In this document: piece by piece, positions 1 through 6,351 of the stretch | Layout: every line of letters starts with the position of its first letter | Position numbering within the stretch: the stretch's first letter is position 1 | Source of the DNA: Candidatus Cloacimonadota bacterium | GTDB taxonomy: Bacteria > Cloacimonadota > Cloacimonadia > Cloacimonadales > WRIO01 | Direction: 5' to 3' | Length of the DNA: 13,927 nucleotides | Assembly: GCA_029564175.1 (NCBI GenBank) | Contig: JAKQQL010000490.1 | Span: forward strand, 1 to 13,927 | The notes under the pieces: model-generated | What the model saw: only the letters and a program-made list of their open reading frames with translations | Told to the model about the DNA's origin: nothing | Databases searched by the model: none | Made by a program: the position numbers and the translations under genes

Positions 1-8
1 AAAAGATC

Positions 9-39
9 TTGACAAATAGACTAAAGAAAATTTAAATTG
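9..39 (+). promoter_or_regulatory. Putative housekeeping promoter for the TPR gene
   Basis: TTGACA at 9-14, followed after 17-18 nt by TTAAATTG/TAAATT (32-39). A second candidate is TTGCAA 189-194 with AATCTTTG 211-218. Confidence 0.5.
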
Positions 40-273
40 TAATCAAAGTCAATATAGAAGTGAAATATAAGAAAAAAAATCTTGTATTACTTTGAAAACA
101 AAGGGTTGGAACTTTACACCAACATTTGGGACTTAACTTAAAATCAATAGCTTGATATCTTTATTTATTCAAAACGCATAAAAAAAACTTGCAAAATATT
201 GGCTGGCAAAAATCTTTGAATAAAGATGATAATAAAGAATTATAAAAACGATAAAAATAAAGATGGAGGCAAA

Positions 274-1890
274 ATGAAAAAGAGTATAATACTCCTAATC
301 CTTGGATTTCTGATGATTTGCTCGCTGATAGCTAAAACAGAAAAAGTGGTAATCATTGGTATCGACACAGAAGATCCTGAAAGCAGATATGTCAAAACGA
401 TGCTTGAAAAAAGAGATCTTGATGCAGCTTTCAAATCCAGTACCAGCCTGGAAATGGTTCCTATGAAAGAAAGTGCTAAAGCACTGAAAGCTGAAAACTT
501 TAAAGGTCTCATGAAAGAAATGGAACCTTCAACGGTTGAAAAAATTGCCACACAGTTAAATGCCAATATGGCTGTTTGGATGTGGATAATGAAAGAAAAC
601 CAAAGCTCATTTATCGTTACAGGTAAAGTAATGAGTATGCGTACTAAAGAAATGATAAATATCAATTTTACCGTTACCAAAAATAAAGATGAACGTATGC
701 AGTCTGTTAATGATAATCTGTTAAAAAAAATAGCTGATTTTGCATCAAGTGAAACTAAAAAGATTTTTGATATTGCTGAGCAGAATTTCAATGCTAAAAA
801 ATACAAAGAAGCAGAAGAAATGTTTACTCGTCTGCTTGAAATTGATGATAAAAACGTAGAAGTTTATTACTTTCTTGGAATGATAAACTATGAAAACAAC
901 AAGTTCCCTAAAGCGGTAGAATTCTTTAATAAAACACTTGAATTTGATCCAAACCGTGAAAACAGCTTACTCTTTTTGAGTGAAACTTATAAAAAACAAG
1001 GTAATCTGGATAAATCAATCGAAACCCTTTCAAAAGTTGCTAATGTGAAAAATGATGCAAATCTTTGGCTTGCTATTGCGATGATGCACAAAGATAAAAG
1101 CAATTTTAAAGCTTCTGAAGAAGCGCTTGATAATGCCTTAAAAATAGATACTCAGAATGAAAAAATTCATCTTGTATATGCTGAGTTAACTTATGATAAT
1201 AAAGAATATGAAAAAGCAATACCACACCTTGAATTTATTACAAACCTATATCCTGATAATGAAGAGGTAGGCCGAAAGCTTGCTATTAGCTATCAGAAGA
1301 CAGGACAGCTCGATAAAGCAGTTGAAAACTATAAATCTTTAATTGCCAAAGATGCAAACAATACACGTGCTTATCTCAATCTGGGAGCAGCTTACCGTGC
1401 AATGTCTTTTGAAAAAGATGCGGCTGCATTTAATAAACTGGCTCTTGATACCTACCTAACAGTTCAAAAACTGCTTCCTAACAGTGGTAAAATAGATGTC
1501 AGTATTGCGGATATTTATCTAAATATGAATGATCTGACAAAAGCTGAAAATTATGCAAACTCTGCTATTAAAAAAGATAATAATATTCACGAACCTTATG
1601 TTATCTTAGGGATGATCAACCAAAAACGTGGTATTGCCAAACATGGTGAATTCGTTGACTTACAAAAGAAAACTGACAGTGGGAATCTTTATGGTGCTCA
1701 GTTAGATCAGGCAATTAAAAACCGTGATAACGCTAAAGGGGTTGCTAACCAATTCTTTAAAAAAGCCGATGAAATGTTAAAAACAGCACGTACTAAAACA
1801 GATAATCCTACTACAATCTCTGATATTGACAGTAAAATCCAATCTAATAACCAATACATCAATATGACAAAAAAAGATTTCTTCAATTAA
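274..1890 (+). CDS. Secreted/periplasmic tetratricopeptide-repeat (TPR) protein
   Basis: Start moved from 226 to ATG 274 because GGAGG lies at 265-269 and MKKSIILLILGFLMICSLIA is a signal-peptide-like N-terminus. Many TPR-like repeats (e.g. VEVYYFLGMINYENNKFPKAVEFFNKTLEFDPNR, RKLAISYQKTGQLDKAVENYKSLIAKDANN) follow a ~160 aa N-terminal domain. Confidence 0.9.
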   Translation: MKKSIILLILGFLMICSLIAKTEKVVIIGIDTEDPESRYVKTMLEKRDLDAAFKSSTSLEMVPMKESAKALKAENFKGLMKEMEPSTVEKIATQLNANMAVWMWIMKENQSSFIVTGKVMSMRTKEMININFTVTKNKDERMQSVNDNLLKKIADFASSETKKIFDIAEQNFNAKKYKEAEEMFTRLLEIDDKNVEVYYFLGMINYENNKFPKAVEFFNKTLEFDPNRENSLLFLSETYKKQGNLDKSIETLSKVANVKNDANLWLAIAMMHKDKSNFKASEEALDNALKIDTQNEKIHLVYAELTYDNKEYEKAIPHLEFITNLYPDNEEVGRKLAISYQKTGQLDKAVENYKSLIAKDANNTRAYLNLGAAYRAMSFEKDAAAFNKLALDTYLTVQKLLPNSGKIDVSIADIYLNMNDLTKAENYANSAIKKDNNIHEPYVILGMINQKRGIAKHGEFVDLQKKTDSGNLYGAQLDQAIKNRDNAKGVANQFFKKADEMLKTARTKTDNPTTISDIDSKIQSNNQYINMTKKDFFN

Positions 1891-1911
1891 TCAGTTGTAA
1901 CATTATTTATC

Positions 1912-1947
1912 AGGCAGTTCTTCGGAGCTGCCTTTTTGTTTTTTTTT
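1912..1947 (+). terminator. Rho-independent terminator of the TPR gene
   Basis: AGGCAGTTC-TTCG-GAGCTGCCT stem with a C(UUCG)G tetraloop, followed by a long T tract, 21 nt after the stop codon. Confidence 0.92.
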
Positions 1948-2097
1948 GCCAATTAACTGATGATGATTTTATGTATTTTTTTAATTCCTTTCCTTATCCA
2001 TTCCTTATCACAAATGATGTTTCTATAAATAAATGAAAATTGCAAAAATCAATCTGTTTAAGAGTTTAATCAATTAAGCCAAAATTATTATTTATCA

Positions 2098-2126
2098 GTA
2101 GGTATTTGTGAAATGGAGCGTAGTAT
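2098..2126 (+). repeat. GTAG-type REP-like repeat, partial copy
   Basis: GTAGGTATTTGTGAAATGGAGCGTAG matches 2329-2354 at 22/26 and the reverse complement of 6361-6389 at about 22/29. Confidence 0.65.
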
Positions 2127-2140
2127 TCCCCTCCATTGGA

Positions 2141-2269
2141 GAGTCTGTATAAAAAACCAAAATTCTTTAGGAATTGTCGAGCCCCAGATGCGGAAGCGTC
2201 TGGTATATTGTATGTTACAAGTTAAGAGGCGTAGGTGCGACCGAAAAAAATGCCTTTTTGCACAGACTT
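2141..2269. mobile_element. MITE-like element (~130 bp), ends reminiscent of IS1182/IS5-type IRs
   Basis: Terminal IRs AGTCTGTATAAAAA (2142-2155) and TTTTTGCACAGACT (2255-2268) match 12/14. Internal hairpin CCAGATGC-GGAA-GCGTCTGG (2184-2203). A second, inverted partial copy lies at 6228-6284. Family label is from recalled similarity only. Confidence 0.6.
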
Positions 2270-2276
2270 CATACCC

Positions 2277-2456
2277 TAATATCATGAAGTAAAGGATAGC
2301 TGATTTCCTGTAAATGTATAAAAGGTTTGTAGGGATTTACGAAATGGAGCGAAGCGTAATGCCACAAATCCGTTCTGACAAAGCGTATAATCATTCGGAT
2401 GAACGGTGCTACGCTTCGTACATCCTTACAAACAAATCCTTAACTTAATGATATCG
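2277..2456. mobile_element. MITE-like element with IS4-like IRs enclosing an inverted REP doublet
   Basis: ATATCATGAAGTAAAGGAT (2279-2297) and ATCCTTAACTTAATGATAT (2436-2454) form a 17/19 inverted repeat resembling the IS4 end TAATGCCGATCAGTTAAG. Inside, GTTTGTAGGGATTTACGAA (from 2325) pairs with TTCGTACATCCTTACAAAC (to 2433). Confidence 0.6.
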
Positions 2457-2715
2457 TGGTTACACCCAGTATTGGGGTTCTGTTGGTCATCCGTAATTCT
2501 TTTCCGAAACTATTCGTTTTTCCGTGGTTGATCAGAAAAGTTCATGCTTATTTTGATGGAAAATTTCTCATTTATTTCTGCACACTTTTCAGAAAACGCC
2601 TCTTTTTTAAAACAAAATGAAAAATAATTCTGCCAAAAAGACAAAATCTGCGTTTCTATCCGGGTAATATATATAGAGGGGTGTATCAGAATATATAGAA
2701 ATATTACCTTTCTTC

Positions 2716-2771
2716 CGTACTACAAACATCCTGTTTGTAGTCTTTTCTGTAAGCAGGATGTTCGCAGTACG
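2716..2771. repeat. Inverted doublet of a second REP-like palindrome family
   Basis: CGTACTACAAACATCCTGTTT versus the reverse complement of AAGCAGGATGTTCGCAGTACG = 18/21. The left unit is itself a perfect 10-bp hairpin ACTACAAACA-TCC-TGTTTGTAGT (2719-2741). Confidence 0.75.
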
Positions 2772-2774
2772 AGA

Positions 2775-2813
2775 TCGGATGAACGGCACTCCGTTTCGCT
2801 CATCCCTACAAAC
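2775..2813 (-). repeat. GTAG-type REP-like repeat
   Basis: TCGGATGAACGGCACTCCGTTTCGCTCATCCCTACAAAC is a 32/39 direct repeat of 2395-2433, with an internal GGATGA...TCATCC palindrome. Confidence 0.8.
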
Positions 2814-2902
2814 CCACTTTACATTATACATTCCGCGAAGTAGTTTTTCTCTGTGCTCTCTTTGTCTCTGTGTGTAAATTTATGCCACTTTCTTTGTCGT
2901 GT

Positions 2903-2943
2903 AAAAAAAAAATTGACAAGATTTTAAAGACCTGTATATTTTG
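2903..2943 (+). promoter_or_regulatory. Putative promoter of the secreted-protein cassette
   Basis: A10 tract (2903-2912), TTGACA 2913-2918, TATATT 2935-2940 / ATATTTTG 2936-2943. Confidence 0.6.
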
Positions 2944-2996
2944 GCGTGATAATAGGAATGATTGATAAATAGATTGAACTAAAGGAAAAAACAGAG

Positions 2997-3146
2997 ATGA
3001 AGTATCCTGAAAAGAACAACCTAAACAGGTTTTGGAGAAGAAGTGTAAGTATATATATATACTTAGCTTGTTTATTGTGTTCTCCGGGCTATCAGTCCCA
3101 GGAGATAAAAATAAATATACTTAGATATTCTTCTGTTCATTATTAA
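2997..3146 (+). CDS. Possible 49-aa leader ORF containing a (TA)6 repeat
   Basis: AAAGGA at 2981-2986, ATG 2997, open to TAA 3144-3146: MKYPEKNNLNRFWRRSVSIYIYLACLLCSPGYQSQEIKINILRYSSVHY. Below the apparent ORF-track cutoff; ends 16 nt before the next start. Confidence 0.35.
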   Translation: MKYPEKNNLNRFWRRSVSIYIYLACLLCSPGYQSQEIKINILRYSSVHY

Positions 3147-3162
3147 ATTGAAAGGAGAATAA

Positions 3163-3879
3163 ATGAAAGTAAATAAATTATTTATACTTTTAAGGATTTT
3201 TTTTTTTTGCAACCTCACATTATTGGCATCTGATCCGGTGAGAGCAGAATTCTTTACTTTTGAGACTCAACCGGAGTATGAAGTGATTGATATTATGAGC
3301 GTTGAAAATCCGGAAGGCTTAAAAGAGATTGCTGTATTTGAGGGAGACACTTGTGTAGGTGCAATCAATGCAGAATCCCTTCCTGTCCAATTACTGGCAT
3401 ATACCAGCACAGTCAACGGCGCAAAAGACAGCAATCCATTGACTTTCCAGCTTTATTATGGCAGAAGTATGGTTAATACGGCAGATTATCAGCTGTTCGA
3501 TGATAAAAGCATGACTTATGAGGCAAGTCTGCTCTACAGCGGTAAAAATTTCTATTCCAGAGTCAAAATCGGAAAAGATACCCAATCAGTAACTGTTAAA
3601 CGGAATGCAAGCCTTAATCCATGTTATCCTAATCCATTCAACCCAAGCACTACCATTTCCTGGCAGATGCCGGAAGAGGGAGAGGTTGAAGTCAGCATAT
3701 TCAATATCAAAGGTCAAAAGGTAAAGGCCCTCTGTCATCAGAGACTGGCAGGCGGTCAGCATCAAATCGTATGGGATGGTAAAAACAAAGAGAATCAAGC
3801 TCTGTCATCAGGCATCTACTTTGTTCGTTTATCCCAGGGAAGCCATCAGCAGACTCAAAAAGTCATTCTGATGAAATAA
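3163..3879 (+). CDS. Small secreted protein with T9SS type A sorting-like / FlgD Ig-like C-terminal domain
   Basis: AAGGAG RBS, signal-peptide-like N-terminus, C-terminal YPNPFNPSTTISW...IFNIKGQKVK...VWDGKN...SSGIYFVRL...KVILMK. Confidence 0.88.
   Translation: MKVNKLFILLRIFFFCNLTLLASDPVRAEFFTFETQPEYEVIDIMSVENPEGLKEIAVFEGDTCVGAINAESLPVQLLAYTSTVNGAKDSNPLTFQLYYGRSMVNTADYQLFDDKSMTYEASLLYSGKNFYSRVKIGKDTQSVTVKRNASLNPCYPNPFNPSTTISWQMPEEGEVEVSIFNIKGQKVKALCHQRLAGGQHQIVWDGKNKENQALSSGIYFVRLSQGSHQQTQKVILMK
3197..3208 (+). repeat. T12 homopolymer in the signal-peptide coding region
   Basis: ATT TTT TTT TTT TGC (IFFFC), codons 12-16 of the 3163 gene. Longest homopolymer noticed in the window. Confidence 0.9.
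3625..3782 (+). repeat. 158-bp direct repeat (copy 1) encoding the C-terminal tag core; copy 2 at 5972-6129
   Basis: 147/158 nt identical with no gaps; 8 synonymous and 3 non-synonymous differences. Confidence 0.95.
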
Positions 3880-3892
3880 TAAAACATAAACT

Positions 3893-3930
3893 GGCAGAAT
3901 GTCCTGAGATCTCTCAGGACATTCTCTGCC
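3893..3930. other. Strong intercistronic hairpin
   Basis: AGAATGTCCTGAGA (3896-3909) / TCTCAGGACATTCT (3912-3925) is a perfect 14-bp IR, extendable by GGC/GCC. No U-tract on +; a U-rich tail follows on -. Confidence 0.85.
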
Positions 3931-3949
3931 TGAATAAAAAGGAGTCAGA

Positions 3950-6211
3950 GTGAAGAGAGCTTTTTTGATTATCTGTATCATTATATATTTCATCAGTATT
4001 CAAGCCTTAGTCCGCATTGTCAATCCTCAAGATCCAAACGCTTTTCAAACAATTGCGAGTGCTGTTTTAGTAACATCATTCAGTGACACTGTTCTTGTTT
4101 ATCCGGGAGTCTATCATGAGAATATTAATATCAGTGGAAAGAATATTCATGTATATAGCTTGTTTGCTACTACCGCTGATTCTGCCTATATCCACAATAC
4201 CATTATAGATGGCAGTCAAAACGGAACTACTATAAAAATATTTAGGAGTTTTTGTAGAATAAGTGGTTTTACCATTCAAAACGGCTATGGGATTTATTCC
4301 GATCCGGGGGGGATTCAGGTAAAAGAATCAACAGAAGCCATCATCATGAATTGTATCATCAGGAATAACACATCAGAATATTGTCCGGGGGGTATATTTG
4401 TCAGGAATACCTCCTATCTTCAATTAATCAATTGTGAAGTGTATAACAACTCAACACTGAGTATGGGAGGAGGACTTGGGGTGCAGTTCTCCGCATCTGC
4501 CTATCTGGAAAATTCAAGTATTAATTCCAATTTCGCTGGAGGTGTAGGTGGAGTTTATGTGGGAACAGATTGTCAGATCGTCTTTTCCGACAGCTTAAAG
4601 AATTCAGTCTATCAAAACAACGGGACTTATGCTTCAGATATTCGCATTGACAACCTAAACGGAATAAATCCCCTTATCCAGCTGAAGCAATTTACCGTTC
4701 AGAATCCGGATCAGTATTTTATCATGCCGGCAGACTCCCTGACCATCATCGCCGACAGCTATACAGATGTCCTGACAGATGCAGATATGTATGTCAGCCT
4801 TGACGGGGATGACAGTAATGACGGACTGAGCCCGGAGACGGCTTTAAAATCGATTTATCTGGGATTACGAAAGATTGCTTCACCCGAATCAGGGACAAGG
4901 ACTCTGCATCTTGCCAATGGCGTATATTCTCCCGAAAACCAGTGGTTTCCCATCGGAGTCAAGCACAATATCAACATTCAGGGTGAATCAATGGACAATA
5001 CCATCCTGGATGGATTAAATCAAAGAATTGGTTTTAATGGTTTTACTAAAAGTAATTTAAACGCTGAGATTTCAGGATTAACAATTAAAAGTGGAATGCC
5101 CATATCAGGATCATCGGCTAATTTTTTTTACAATATTAACTTAAGGATGAATCATGTACGGGTCAGTGACTGTATGGGAGATGGGATGGATGCACTCTTT
5201 GTTTGGCAAGGTAAATTCTATATGAATAATTGTATAGTAGAAAATACCAGAGGGAGTAGTGGTATCCGATTTGGCAGGATGAAAGACATCAGGATCAGTA
5301 ATTCTATCTTCCGAAATAACCGGAACTATAGTACCGACCCCTGGGAAGGCCAGGGAAGAGCTCTTTATATTTTTGGTTTTTATGCTTCTGAGCAGGATAC
5401 TTCAAGAGTCGTAATAGACAATGTGCTCTTTGATGCTAACCGGAGTATCGGCTTTGGAGACTGGCCTCCGGGAGATGCTTCCGCTTTAGTGTTTCTGAAT
5501 GTATTGGATGCGAAGGTCATTAACTGTACTTTTGTCAATAATATGGCCGGCGGTTATGTGATAAATTGTGATAATACCACCTCTGCAATGATTCGTGTGT
5601 ACAACAGCTTATTTTACAATAATTTCCCTGCCTTAAACTCCATTGTTGCTTACGCAGGCACTTTTTATGTTAATAATAGTCTGATTCAGCATGTTCAGGC
5701 ATACAATAATGGAGAGATTGTAATGGGAGAGGGCAATTTTAATCTGGACCCTCTGTTTTATCATCAGGGTGATTATCCTTACAGTATTTCAGCCACTTCA
5801 CCCTGTATCGACAGCGGGACACTGAATATCCCCGGATATGTTTTCCCTGAGACAGATTTAGCCGGCAATCCAAGACTTGTCGGCACATCAGTGGATATTG
5901 GTGCTTATGAATGGGATGCCCTGCCGGTGACAGAGGAAACCCTCAATAAGCCTAATCCCAAAATGAGTGTTTATCCCAATCCGTTCAACCCAAGCACTAC
6001 CATTTCCTGGCAGATGCCGGAAGAGGGAGAAGTTGAAGTGAGTATTTTCAATATCAAAGGTCAAAAGGTGAAGACCCTCTGCAATCAGAGACTGGCAAGC
6101 GGTCAGCATCAAATCGTATGGGATGGTAAGGAATATGGCTCTGGTGTATATTTTGTCAGATTACAAGCTGGCAATCAAACCTTAATGAGGAAGATACTGA
6201 TGATGAAATAA
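3950..6211 (+). CDS. Secreted right-handed parallel beta-helix (pectin lyase-like fold) protein with DUF1565-like motif, choice-of-anchor Q-like region and T9SS/FlgD-Ig C-terminal tag
   Basis: AAGGAG RBS plus GTG start; signal peptide; FQTIASAV...DTVLVYPGVYHENI cap; NCIIRNN/NCEVYNN/NCTFVNN repeats; MYVSLDGDDSNDGLSPETAL; SPCIDSG...TDLAGNPR...DIGAYE; YPNPFNP...RKILMMK. Confidence 0.88.
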   Translation: MKRAFLIICIIIYFISIQALVRIVNPQDPNAFQTIASAVLVTSFSDTVLVYPGVYHENINISGKNIHVYSLFATTADSAYIHNTIIDGSQNGTTIKIFRSFCRISGFTIQNGYGIYSDPGGIQVKESTEAIIMNCIIRNNTSEYCPGGIFVRNTSYLQLINCEVYNNSTLSMGGGLGVQFSASAYLENSSINSNFAGGVGGVYVGTDCQIVFSDSLKNSVYQNNGTYASDIRIDNLNGINPLIQLKQFTVQNPDQYFIMPADSLTIIADSYTDVLTDADMYVSLDGDDSNDGLSPETALKSIYLGLRKIASPESGTRTLHLANGVYSPENQWFPIGVKHNINIQGESMDNTILDGLNQRIGFNGFTKSNLNAEISGLTIKSGMPISGSSANFFYNINLRMNHVRVSDCMGDGMDALFVWQGKFYMNNCIVENTRGSSGIRFGRMKDIRISNSIFRNNRNYSTDPWEGQGRALYIFGFYASEQDTSRVVIDNVLFDANRSIGFGDWPPGDASALVFLNVLDAKVINCTFVNNMAGGYVINCDNTTSAMIRVYNSLFYNNFPALNSIVAYAGTFYVNNSLIQHVQAYNNGEIVMGEGNFNLDPLFYHQGDYPYSISATSPCIDSGTLNIPGYVFPETDLAGNPRLVGTSVDIGAYEWDALPVTEETLNKPNPKMSVYPNPFNPSTTISWQMPEEGEVEVSIFNIKGQKVKTLCNQRLASGQHQIVWDGKEYGSGVYFVRLQAGNQTLMRKILMMK
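5972..6129 (+). repeat. 158-bp direct repeat (copy 2) encoding the C-terminal tag core
   Basis: 147/158 identical to 3625-3782. Confidence 0.95.
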
Positions 6212-6227
6212 GCGGGGTCATTTGGCT

Positions 6228-6296
6228 CTTCCGCATCTGGGGATCGGTCGTTCCTCTGGAACTCTGTTTTTTGCATAGACTCTCGGCTGGAGGGAA
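6228..6296 (-). repeat. Inverted partial copy of the 2126-2196 composite repeat (MITE end plus TTCCCTCCA flank)
   Basis: Reverse complement aligns to 2126-2196 at 53/71 with two 1-nt gaps, including a perfect 15-mer CCCCAGATGCGGAAG (2182-2196 / 6228-6242). Confidence 0.8.
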
Positions 6297-6351
6297 ATTT
6301 CATAATTCACAATTAAACTTACCACCTCGTCACTTCGTGCCACCACTCAAC

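Noticed and set aside
226..273. Longer start for the TPR gene
   Set aside because: No RBS at 226; GGAGG and the signal peptide fit ATG 274.
240..806. 188-aa minus-strand ORF and the other antisense or alternative-frame ORFs (3391, 3586, 4076, 5888, 6739, 6821, 7557, 8034, 8578, 8711, 9951, 12449, 13530)
   Set aside because: They overlap well-supported genes and have no recognisable motifs. The similarity of 3586-3798 to 5888-6112 merely mirrors the duplicated tag.
2578..2600. CTGCACACTTTTCAGAAAACGCC as an IS256-like end
   Set aside because: Resemblance is from memory only; no partner IR or transposase remnant was found in the window.
2663..2708. GGTAATAT...ATATTACC inverted repeat
   Set aside because: Only 8 bp, AT-rich, with a 30-nt spacer; compatible with chance.
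2098..2813. CRISPR array or integron attC array
   Set aside because: Repeats are degenerate, irregularly spaced and in both orientations. No constant-length spacers, cas genes, integrase or clear RYYYAAC/GTTRRRY pairs.
2088..2831. Short minus-strand ORFs 2088-2285 and 2607-2831
   Set aside because: They run through MITE/REP repeats and lack clear RBS or protein motifs; likely spurious.
3625..6129. DGR template/variable repeat pair
   Set aside because: The 11 differences are not adenine-specific (include T/C, C/G, C/T), 8 are synonymous, both copies are coding, and no reverse transcriptase is present.
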